From contig KV454017.1 of assembly GCA_001661245.1 (NCBI GenBank), forward strand, positions 1,023,903 through 1,081,017: a DNA stretch of 57,115 bases, in the 5' to 3' direction. The translations under genes and the position numbers were made by a program. This stretch comes from Pachysolen tannophilus NRRL Y-2460 (Eukaryota). A model generated the notes under the pieces. It was not told the origin of the DNA and searched no databases. It saw only the letters and a program-made list of their open reading frames with translations. This document shows, in pieces, positions 38,571 through 48,002 of this stretch (position 1 is the stretch's first letter; the number at the start of each line of letters is the position of its first letter).

Positions 38571-40313
38571 ATGGGGAATAATACTTCTAGTCCAATGAGG
38601 AATACGGCAGGCCGTCGTCATTCGACTAAGTTATCGAATAAGATTAATATGAAAGTGATACATGGTAATAGTATTAATATTCGTAAGAGATCAACTCCCA
38701 CTGTGTCTGGAGTTAATAAGGTGGAAGTGAATGGTGAATTTAGTGATTCTATTAGTACCAAGATTAGTCCTTCGGAGCTTACATCTGTAAATACAGATCA
38801 TGATTCCATTAGAACTGATAGAGAAAGAACTTATTCACAAGGTACTAATGATTTATCAATGTCAACAACAATTACTTCAGATTCTTCATTTAGTGGAACT
38901 TCTTCTTTAGAAAATTATAATAATACTCTTAATTCTGCTTTACAACCAGCTACAGATTTAGGTATTACCAATAGGTCTCTTGATGAACAAAAAATTCAAA
39001 TAACTCATTCTAATAAAAATGTTGACAATACTATTAAAGAAGAATCTGATAATAATGATAGCTTTAAAATAAGGAGACCTAATATGATTAGAAGTGCAAC
39101 TGATACGGAACTTATACCTGTTTTAATTAAATGGAAGGGAGACGGTAGTGAGAAAGATGTATATATAGTGGGTGATTTTACTAATTGGAACAAAAAATTG
39201 AAATTAGTTAAATCAGTTCAAGATCAAAATCAATTGGCGAAAAATAAACAATTGATCAGTGATGGGTTATCACAGTTATCAATGAATGAAAATGATTATG
39301 AAATCGTTTTAAATTTAACTACTGGTGTACATAAAGCTCAATTTTTAGTTAACAATGAAATTAAAATTAGTGATTCATTACCTATGGCCACTGATAACGA
39401 GGGTACAATTGTGAATTGGTTTGAAGTTTATAAAAAAGCTAATATTATGAATGATGGTAATGATCAGACTATAAGTAACGATGCATTGGCAAAATCAGGA
39501 ATTACTTCGGAAATTGGAAATCCAGTACAAGATGATAAATTGAATGAAAAATTAATTATTGAAGCTGGTGTAGTTGAACAACAACGATTAATTAAAAAGA
39601 CCCAATCTTTAGATGCAGTTAGTAAAAAACGTGATAGAGACATCAGTCCAATGAATCCAATTGTTTCATCGTCACCAATGCATTCTGGTGATGTATCTCC
39701 ATCAATTTCGTCTGGAAGAAGTAGAGTTACATCGCCTTCTCCATCGAAAATTTCACAAAATAAGAATTTCCCATATAGTATGAATCAAAGGCATTTCAGT
39801 AGTCAATCTACAAATTCACAATCAACTTATTACAAACACAATAATTCCAGTAATAATTCAGTTTCTACTTATTTGCCAACAAAAATTCCTAAAAAAATAT
39901 TGGAATATACCACAGAATTACCGGAACTTTATTACGATCAGGAATTCATGTACCCATATTCTTTTTATACGGATGATCATGGTAATACCTGTTTTGATGA
40001 CACTGCACCAATAGATTATGATGATTATCTATCAAATAACTTACAACTAACACCTCCCCCAGCATTACCTGCGTATTTAGACTCATTGCTAATTAACGAT
40101 GGTTATCATAGTTCCAAGAATAACAAGCTAAATGATTTGAATGTGGACAAATACTCTGCCTTGAATTATAGTGGGTTGGATAATGTTCCTAACCACGTCA
40201 TTTTAAACCATTTGATGACAACTAATATAAAACATAATGTAATGGTAGTGGGTGTTATAAATCGTTACGAAGGTAAATTTATTTATCAGCTGTTGTTCTC
40301 TCCAGTAGATTGA
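38571..40313 (+). CDS. SNF1 kinase complex beta subunit (Sip1/Sip2/Gal83 family)
   Basis: MGNxxS myristoylation motif, glycogen-binding domain (VYIVGDFTNW, LPMATDNEG.IVNW), ASC domain (PPPALPAYL, PNHVILNHL, RYEGKF). Confidence 0.9.
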   Translation: MGNNTSSPMRNTAGRRHSTKLSNKINMKVIHGNSINIRKRSTPTVSGVNKVEVNGEFSDSISTKISPSELTSVNTDHDSIRTDRERTYSQGTNDLSMSTTITSDSSFSGTSSLENYNNTLNSALQPATDLGITNRSLDEQKIQITHSNKNVDNTIKEESDNNDSFKIRRPNMIRSATDTELIPVLIKWKGDGSEKDVYIVGDFTNWNKKLKLVKSVQDQNQLAKNKQLISDGLSQLSMNENDYEIVLNLTTGVHKAQFLVNNEIKISDSLPMATDNEGTIVNWFEVYKKANIMNDGNDQTISNDALAKSGITSEIGNPVQDDKLNEKLIIEAGVVEQQRLIKKTQSLDAVSKKRDRDISPMNPIVSSSPMHSGDVSPSISSGRSRVTSPSPSKISQNKNFPYSMNQRHFSSQSTNSQSTYYKHNNSSNNSVSTYLPTKIPKKILEYTTELPELYYDQEFMYPYSFYTDDHGNTCFDDTAPIDYDDYLSNNLQLTPPPALPAYLDSLLINDGYHSSKNNKLNDLNVDKYSALNYSGLDNVPNHVILNHLMTTNIKHNVMVVGVINRYEGKFIYQLLFSPVD

Positions 40314-40477
40314 GACATTGAAGCTTTTTTTTTTTTTTATGTTTTTCTTTTTTTATTTTTATTTTTCGGTTTGTGTGTTTTAAAAAGGTTAAAAAGGTTG
40401 CTTGCTTTAATTATTTGAAAGGTTTATTTTATTATGTTTTTTATTCTCTTTTCTTTATTCCTCTTTTTTTTTTTAAG

Positions 40478-41137
40478 TGGTGAAAAAAAAAAAAAAAAAG
40501 AATGTTTAATATATGATATGTTAATATTGTTAAAATATGATATCCATTATAAGTTGGTAAAACAACTGTGTATCTACACACGTATAATTGTAAGTTTAAA
40601 AATAAAACTGTACAAGTCCAAATCTATTCAACNNNNNNNNNNNNNNNNNNNNNNNNNNNNNNNNNNNNNNNNNNNNNNNNNNNNNNNNNNNNNNNNNNNN
40701 NNNNNNNNNNNNNNNNNNNNNNNNNNNNNNNNNNNNNNNNNNNNNNNNNNNNNNNNNNNNNNNNNNNNNNNNNNNNNNNNNNNNNNNNNNNNNNNNNNNN
40801 NNNNNNNNNNNNNNNNNNNNNNNNNNNNNNNNNNNNNNNNNNNNNNNNNNNNNNNNNNNNNNNNNNNNNNNNNNNNNNNNNNNNNNNNNNNNNNNNNNNN
40901 NNNNNNNNNNNNNNNNNNNNNNNNNNNNNNNNNNNNNNNNNNNNNNNNNNNNNNNNNNNNNNNNNNNNNNNNNNNNNNNNNNNTTTGGTGAAAAAAAAAA
41001 AAAAAGAATGTTTAATATATGATATGTTAATATTGTTAAAATATGATATCCATTATAAGTTGGTAAAACAACTGTGTATCTACACACGTATAATTGTAAG
41101 TTTAAAAATAAACTGTACAAGTCCAAATCTATTCAAC
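40478..41137. other. Assembly gap (N 40633-40983) flanked by a ~155-bp direct duplication
   Basis: 40478-40632 matches 40986-41137 apart from homopolymer lengths. Confidence 0.9.
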
Positions 41138-42425
41138 AATCCACTTGATAAAATTTATCTCTGTAAACAATTTTACCATGTTTACCTTTTTCAGCCCAAA
41201 TGCTAATAGCGGTTAATTGATTACCAGCAGCACATCCAGAATCAAGACCAACAGTAAATTCTTTTGGTTGAAAACCTTTTTTAGCGTAATGACCATAAAA
41301 TACTTTTTGAGGTAATTTACCATCTTGCAAATTTTCTTGTTGCTTTATATTCCAATGTTTTGACCAGCTTTCTGAACCTTTAACTGATTTTGGGTTTTCA
41401 ACTGGTTTGGTAAAATCTGGTGGAGCTAAAGCTCTAATAGAAATTACTGTTTCTGGATCCTGATCTTCCAAATTTTCTATATCCCATACTAAACCTCCAT
41501 GAACTGCTATTCCTTGAATAGGCTGATCATCTATAAAAGTTTCGCTTTGTTTATATCTATGCGAAACACGTCCCAATTCATAAATCAAAGGACAATTAGT
41601 CAAGTAATCAATGTGATGTGAAGATAATTTTTTAGCAATTTTCATTTCTTCATCCAAATCGAAAAAATCTTTAGTAATAAAGTTTTCATTAATATTATCA
41701 TTAATTTTTTTTTCATCCTCATTCGAAGTATTATTTGTAACAAATTGTGGTTGTTTTAAACCATGATACTGAGCATACCTTTTCAATATTTCAACTTCAT
41801 GATTACCCAATATACATCCAATGTTATTACCAACAGCCCAATTTAATACCCCAAAAGAATCATCACCTTTAGTTAAAAAATCTCCCAACATAATAATATG
41901 ATCATCTTGATAATTTATTTTTAATTCTTGCATTAAATTGGTTAATTGATTAAATGACCCATGTATATCTCCAATCAATATCAATCTTTTCACAAATTTC
42001 TTTTTTTTCTTAACCATTTGTTCTTGTAATTCAACAATTTCATCCAAAAATTGATACTTGTCATTACTTAACTCCAATTCAAGGTCAAAGTCCATATCAA
42101 ATTCCAAACCTTGTTTCATCAGTGGATACAAATAGACAGGTAATGAGCCAAGCTTTACAATATTCAATGGTTTTTTCGAAGCCTCAGGCAGTTGTCTTGG
42201 AAGATAAACCAAAAGATAATACGCCAACGGAATGAAAACTAATGACCCAAGCAAGTATATTATCTTGATCCAAATCTTATTTCTCCTTGAAGTCCTTTCA
42301 GAACTTAAAGAAAAATCATCATCATCATCACCATTATTATCATCATTGTATAATCGAGCATCATTGTTTCGAAGTATAGGCGTTGTCTCCGAAGCTAAAC
42401 CAACATCATCACCATCTTTAAACAT
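41133..42425 (-). CDS. PPN2: Vacuolar metallophosphoesterase / endopolyphosphatase (YNL217W family)
   Basis: Type II TM anchor, dileucine-like SETTPIL, IGDIHG, LGDFLTKGDDS, GNHE, VHGG, YGH, GLDSGC; first ATG at 42425. Confidence 0.85.
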   Translation of the reverse strand: MFKDGDDVGLASETTPILRNNDARLYNDDNNGDDDDDFSLSSERTSRRNKIWIKIIYLLGSLVFIPLAYYLLVYLPRQLPEASKKPLNIVKLGSLPVYLYPLMKQGLEFDMDFDLELELSNDKYQFLDEIVELQEQMVKKKKKFVKRLILIGDIHGSFNQLTNLMQELKINYQDDHIIMLGDFLTKGDDSFGVLNWAVGNNIGCILGNHEVEILKRYAQYHGLKQPQFVTNNTSNEDEKKINDNINENFITKDFFDLDEEMKIAKKLSSHHIDYLTNCPLIYELGRVSHRYKQSETFIDDQPIQGIAVHGGLVWDIENLEDQDPETVISIRALAPPDFTKPVENPKSVKGSESWSKHWNIKQQENLQDGKLPQKVFYGHYAKKGFQPKEFTVGLDSGCAAGNQLTAISIWAEKGKHGKIVYRDKFYQVDC

Positions 42426-43180
42426 TTCCAACTTCTTTATTTTATTTTGCTGCTTTATTTAAAACATACAATTCATTAAATGTAGATCCGAAATAGCCAA
42501 AAACATTATATATACTTGTGACCTTATGTCACTTTTTAACCTCTTTGGTACAAACAGTCGTTTAAAGAAGATATGTAACTATTTTTCTTCTCCGATTCCA
42601 CGTGCAGCTCATCAAGGAGAAAGAAAAGGAAACCCAATTTTTAAAAATTCAATAGTACTTCTCCTATTAGGAGAAGTATTATTGAAAGAAACTCAAGAAA
42701 CCAAAGAAAAAATGAAAAAAAAATTTTTTTTTTTCTCCTATTTCAGTCCAGTGCCAATCCATTCAATGCACAAAGCTTGACGTTTGAAACTTGACACTTG
42801 TCACTTAAAACTCGTCACATGACACTCGAAATTAATGACGTTTTGACGTTTGACGATCGATGTTCGACGTTCGATGTTTGAAAGGTGGACATCCTGCACC
42901 AAATGCCCAATGCCCAACGCCCAACGGAAAGTACGCAGGCGAAAGCCCAAGCACCTGCCCAAGCATCTGCCGAAACACCTGTCGAAACACCTAGCGAGGC
43001 TCCAACGCAAACGCAAGAACTATCCTTAATTCAAAGACATAACTATACGAGCCTTTAGATGTTTTGATATTATGATTCAGAACACACTAATGGCTTAATT
43101 TCATTTGGAAATTATCTCTGGTAAAAAGAAAGAAGAAGAAAAAGAAAAGGAAAAAAGCAGAAGTGGCCTTTATTGGTGTA

Positions 43181-44692
43181 ATGTATTTCATTGTGACTTT
43201 GTTGCTATTGTGTGCTATTGTATATTCTGCGCTACCTTATGGAACCAATCTAGAGAATTTGTTTTTTGATTCAAATCATGACTTGCAAAATTTTATTACG
43301 TATATTGCAATTTTTTTCTTGATATGGTATATTGTGGTTTTAGTTTTGGCGATTAATGGGGTTGGTGAAATTTTATGGAAATTTAGTAGGATTCGTAAGT
43401 TTAATTCATCGATATTTGAAGAGAGACGGGATTACGATGATTTCTTTGAAGGTGTCACGATTTTAAGACCTTTAAAAGGGGTTGATCCAAAGATGGAAGA
43501 ATGTTTAGAAAGTTGTTTCTTACAAAAATATCCAACTGATAAATTTGAAATTATTTTTTGTATTGCTGATGAAAATGATCCATCAATACCAATTGTGAAA
43601 AATTTACAATTAAAATATCCAAATGTAAATTCCAAAATTGCACTTGGTAAAGAACATTATGGACCAAATCCTAAGATTAATAATTTAGCAAAAGGATATC
43701 ATGATGCAAAATTTGATATATTGTGGGTCTTAGATTCTAATGTTTGGGTATCTTCTGGTTGTTTACAAAGAGCAGTACGTGCTCTTATAGAATCAACAGA
43801 TAATGGAAGAAAAACTTCAAGACCTGTAAAGTTAGTACATCATTTACCTCTTGCCTGTTCTGTTGAAAGCAAATTAAGTTCATTGGGTGCTAAATGTGAT
43901 GAAATGTTTTTAACAACTGCCCACTCCAAATTTTATGTTTCTTTAAATAAAGTCAGTATCAGACCTTGCGTTAATGGTAAATCAAATTTTTATCGAAGAT
44001 CAGATTTGGATTATGCAGTAATGAAAATTGGTAAAGGTTTTAATCCAAGTACTGATGGTAAATCTGGTAATACAGCTAAAGATGCTTCTTATTATAGTTC
44101 TTTAAAAGGTCATAATGGTATAAAATTATTTGCAAGATATATCGGTGAAGATAATATGATTGCTATTGCATTATGGGATTATTGTAATGGTAGAACTGGA
44201 ATGACTGGAGATGTTGTTATACAACCATTAGGAGGTATTAATTCATTAATTGATTATTGTCATAGAAGAATAAGATGGTTAAGAGTAAGAAGATATATGG
44301 TTTTAATGGCTACATTATTAGAACCTTCTACTGAATGTTTCTTAAGTGGGTTATTTGGTACTTTTGCAATTTCGGTAATTTTTTTCAATTCTTTATTCAT
44401 TAACAAAATTTTCATCTTACATGTTTTAATTTGGCTTTGTTGTGATAGAATTCAATATACAGTTGAATTTGATTATGCTGCTGCTGATCAGGCTTGTACA
44501 AGTAAACAAGAATTACCAGGTTTTATTTTGAATCTCACTAAGCATAAAGATTTAAAAGAATGGATTCCGCTTTGGATTTTAAGGGAAACTTTGGCTTTAC
44601 CAATTTGGATTGCCGCTATGATGGGTCATGTAATTGAATGGAGAGGGTCTTCATTTAAAATTAATGCAGATTTAAGTGCTGAGGAATTATAG
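43181..44692 (+). CDS. Ceramide glucosyltransferase (GT21; GCS1/HSX11-like)
   Basis: GVTILRPLKGVD, YGPNPKINNL, WVLDSNVWV, CVNGKSN, IGEDNMI, RRIRWLRVRRYM, ATLLEP; first in-frame ATG at 43181. Confidence 0.93.
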   Translation: MYFIVTLLLLCAIVYSALPYGTNLENLFFDSNHDLQNFITYIAIFFLIWYIVVLVLAINGVGEILWKFSRIRKFNSSIFEERRDYDDFFEGVTILRPLKGVDPKMEECLESCFLQKYPTDKFEIIFCIADENDPSIPIVKNLQLKYPNVNSKIALGKEHYGPNPKINNLAKGYHDAKFDILWVLDSNVWVSSGCLQRAVRALIESTDNGRKTSRPVKLVHHLPLACSVESKLSSLGAKCDEMFLTTAHSKFYVSLNKVSIRPCVNGKSNFYRRSDLDYAVMKIGKGFNPSTDGKSGNTAKDASYYSSLKGHNGIKLFARYIGEDNMIAIALWDYCNGRTGMTGDVVIQPLGGINSLIDYCHRRIRWLRVRRYMVLMATLLEPSTECFLSGLFGTFAISVIFFNSLFINKIFILHVLIWLCCDRIQYTVEFDYAAADQACTSKQELPGFILNLTKHKDLKEWIPLWILRETLALPIWIAAMMGHVIEWRGSSFKINADLSAEEL

Positions 44693-44887
44693 ATCTTTTC
44701 TAATAAGATGATAAAAAAAAAGAAAAAAAAAAAAAAAAAAACAGCAAAAGAAAATTATTATTATATAGAGTGTACCATAAATATGTGTATCATTATGCAT
44801 TAAAAATAAATAAAATTTATATAGAAGTAAAACTAAAAATTAATTCATGTATATATCGGAATCAGAACTAATATGAAAAAACACAAT

Positions 44888-47011
44888 CTAAACATGCTTA
44901 GAGGCTAACGTTTTCTTGAAATAATCTATCTCTGATGGAATTTCAACATAAAAATTCATCAAATCATCTAACTCGTTATAAATTGTCTTGTAATAATATT
45001 TCAATTTTTTGAACAATTCACTTTCCTTATTCAATTTACCCTTTTCTTCTAATTCAAAAAACCAATTCATTATCTTGTAAATTCCATAAATATTATCATT
45101 GACCAAACGGTAGTCATCACAACATTGCTTAAAAAACTTTGAACTTAATAATTGAGGATATAAACTAGTAGGAACGTAATCTACAATAATTGATAAGTAT
45201 TGATTTGACTTTAAATGTGATTTATAACCTTGGTCAATTATTAAATTGAGTGCTAATCGTTTTTCACCAATTGAAATGAGGTAATTAAATAACCTTAATA
45301 ACACATTAATATCTGTTATGGCTAATGATTTTTTCAATAATAATTCTTTTGTAATTTTTAAAATGTTAGAGCTATCCCCTGAGATCAAGGTTAAATCAAT
45401 GAATTTAGAAATTGTATTTTTCGTTTCAGTGGAAGTTAAATTGACCATTAAATTAATAAGACTATTATCCTCTTTTGTAATGTTTTGATCAAATTCATCT
45501 CTGAGAGCAATAAAAGTCCAAACATTTAAAGCTGTATTCAAATCTTTTGTATCACAACATTTATCCAAGATTCTCATCAAAGAATTTATATTAATTTTGG
45601 GTAACCATGGAATTGCATCAAAATGTACTAAAGCTTCATAACTTTTATCAACCAATCCTATTTCACTAAAACCTATCAAATATGATGATAATAATGGTTG
45701 AATTTCTGTAGCCAAACCTGATTTTGATCTGATGTTTTTAATTATTTCATCAAGGACTTTTGTTGCAAATGAAATTTGATTACAATATATTAAAGTTCTT
45801 ATTAATGATGAATAAATTTCAAATTGATGAATTAACAATTTTTCATTTGATAAAGAAGTGACTTTAAAGATTTTATATAATTCAAATGCAAATTCATAAT
45901 CTTTACTATATTTGCTAAGGCTTATGAATGACAAATAATAAATCAAATTATCATAACCTAATTTTTCAAGCATTAAATTGGACATTTTGCGAAGATCGAA
46001 AAATGCAAAATTATATATATCATGACAAATTAATAATTTTTCATATAATATAGTTGGGAAATTATATTTATTGGATAATGTAACGTTAAATAGTTCATTT
46101 GCAATTTTGAAAAATTGTTCACCTTTTTCTGAATCTTTATTTAAATATGATTTTATACTTCCATCAAGTAAAGGAAGAATGACTAATTTAAAAGTTGTTT
46201 GATTAGGTTTTATTCCCCATGATAACATATCTGAATAAACATCCAATAAATTTGTTAAATTTTCTTCAGTTGATTCAAAAGTATGTATTCTTAATGGTAT
46301 TGATTTTAAAACCATATTTAAAATTTCTAAATTTGGGATTATATTTTTTGATTTTATACGTAAATATATTGCAAAAATTTCATTATTCTTATTTTGTCTT
46401 TCTAAATTATAAATAATTTTATATTGTTCTTTTAAAAAATCTTTATCAGGTCCATGTAAATCATCTTCAAATATTTCAATTTTAGAAAAATTTCCATTTT
46501 CTTCTTCATTAATTTGTAAATTTTCTAAATTTGATTCTAATAATTGTATATCATTTTGTATATTTGAAGATGTTGAAAATAATCTATTATGAATAAAATG
46601 ATTTTTCAAATTTTTATCTATTGCTTGATTTGAAATATCAATTTTCTTATAACCAGTAATACTTCCTCTTTTAATAATATAAGCTTTATAAGAAAGATTT
46701 TGATCATTTTTATTTGTCTTTGATTGAATTAACAATATTGTATCTTTTGATTTTTGAGAATCTTTCTTATTATTACCATTATCATTTTTCAAAAGATTCG
46801 GATCAAAAACAATATAATTCGATGTCGTTGATAAAATAGGATGTGGATTCGATGCTGTATTATTTTTAGAATTCTTATTCAATATACTATCTATAACTGT
46901 TAATTTTTGCTGCTTCAAATAACTAGGATCAAAAAATGGTGGATGAGGAGATGACGTATGTGCAGTATTCGAAGCATACTTTGACAAACTAGCAAGTGTC
47001 TTCAAAACCAT
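44888..47011 (-). CDS. RPM2: Mitochondrial RNase P protein subunit (PPR-like)
   Basis: N-terminal FFDPSY and LTNLLDVYSDML..IKPNQTTFKLVI.PLLDGS resemble the RPM2 domain; helical repeats follow; first ATG at 47011. Confidence 0.7.
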   Translation of the reverse strand: MVLKTLASLSKYASNTAHTSSPHPPFFDPSYLKQQKLTVIDSILNKNSKNNTASNPHPILSTTSNYIVFDPNLLKNDNGNNKKDSQKSKDTILLIQSKTNKNDQNLSYKAYIIKRGSITGYKKIDISNQAIDKNLKNHFIHNRLFSTSSNIQNDIQLLESNLENLQINEEENGNFSKIEIFEDDLHGPDKDFLKEQYKIIYNLERQNKNNEIFAIYLRIKSKNIIPNLEILNMVLKSIPLRIHTFESTEENLTNLLDVYSDMLSWGIKPNQTTFKLVILPLLDGSIKSYLNKDSEKGEQFFKIANELFNVTLSNKYNFPTILYEKLLICHDIYNFAFFDLRKMSNLMLEKLGYDNLIYYLSFISLSKYSKDYEFAFELYKIFKVTSLSNEKLLIHQFEIYSSLIRTLIYCNQISFATKVLDEIIKNIRSKSGLATEIQPLLSSYLIGFSEIGLVDKSYEALVHFDAIPWLPKININSLMRILDKCCDTKDLNTALNVWTFIALRDEFDQNITKEDNSLINLMVNLTSTETKNTISKFIDLTLISGDSSNILKITKELLLKKSLAITDINVLLRLFNYLISIGEKRLALNLIIDQGYKSHLKSNQYLSIIVDYVPTSLYPQLLSSKFFKQCCDDYRLVNDNIYGIYKIMNWFFELEEKGKLNKESELFKKLKYYYKTIYNELDDLMNFYVEIPSEIDYFKKTLASKHV

Positions 47012-47577
47012 TTTTTCCCCTATCTTTACTTGACTAAACACAAATATTAAATATTATATCAAAGAAAAGAGAAAAAATACCAAAAAAAACAGTTCAATAA
47101 CTTAACATATTAATAAGGTATTAAAGATATTATTTAGCATCTTATCCATTCTATATAGTTTTTCAATGGCAAGAAATTTAAAAACAACAGTAGTGTACAT
47201 AACTACTGAAAAAAAAAAAAAAGTTTTATTCATACGATCGGGAAAAGCGCTAAAAATTGAAATTACGCGCATTCCTATTGGATCTCACAGTAAGGAAAAA
47301 GAAGGAAAGTACAGGGTAACGGAAATAAGAAAATTTTTTAATTTTCTTGCCGCGCACTATCTTTAAGAGCTCATCTCTTAAAAAAAAAAAAGAAAAAAAA
47401 AAGATTTTATTTAAATTGTAAACAAAAACAAAAGAATGTAAATAAAAATAAAACAAGCACAATATATTAAATAATTAAGTAAAAAATAATTTAAAATAAA
47501 TAAATAAATAACACCAACACACACACACAAAAAAAAATAATAATAAATATATATAATAAAAATATGGAGATAAATCT

Positions 47578-47626
<49 letters not shown>

Positions 47627-47848
47627 NNNNNNNNNNNNNNNNNNNNNNNNNNNNNNNNNNNNNNNNNNNNNNNNNNNNNNNNNNNNNNNNNNNNNNNNNN
47701 NNNNNNNNNNNNNNNNNNNNNNNNNNNNNNNNNNNNNNNNNNNNNNNNNNNNNNNNNNNNNNNNNNNNNNNNNNNNNNNNNNNNNNNNNNNNNNNNNNNN
47801 NNNNNNNNNNNNNNNNNNNNNNNNNNNNNNNNNNNNNNNNNNNNNNNN
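47627..47848. other. Assembly gap (N run) between long poly-T tracts
   Basis: 222 N bases flanked by homopolymers. Confidence 0.98.
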
Positions 47849-47854
47849 AAAAAT

Positions 47855-47890
<36 letters not shown>

Positions 47891-48002
47891 TTTTCTTAAA
47901 AAAATTTTTTTCTGTCTCAAGTTTTGCCTAAACGGCTTATATATATATATATATATATATTTGTAAAAAAAAAAAAATAGGAAGCTTGGATTGATTGATT
48001 GA

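Noticed and set aside
40478..41137. ~155-bp direct repeats flanking the N-gap, resembling LTRs or a tandem duplication
   Set aside because: The copies differ only in homopolymer length and abut the gap, typical of unmerged overlapping contig ends; no LTR termini.
40434..41206. ORF-track entries containing long X runs (also 47564-48034)
   Set aside because: Artefacts of translating N gaps.
42801..43016. 71-aa minus-strand ORF with RCxG repeats; also considered as a CRISPR-like array
   Set aside because: TTG start, and it mirrors the 12-bp tandem repeat; no spacers, and the context is eukaryotic.
42931..43160. Possible intron linking the small ORF at 42903 to GCS in frame (GTACGC...CACTAAT...CAG)
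   Set aside because: Weak donor, purine-rich tract with many earlier AGs, and GCS has its own ATG with a signal-like N-terminus.
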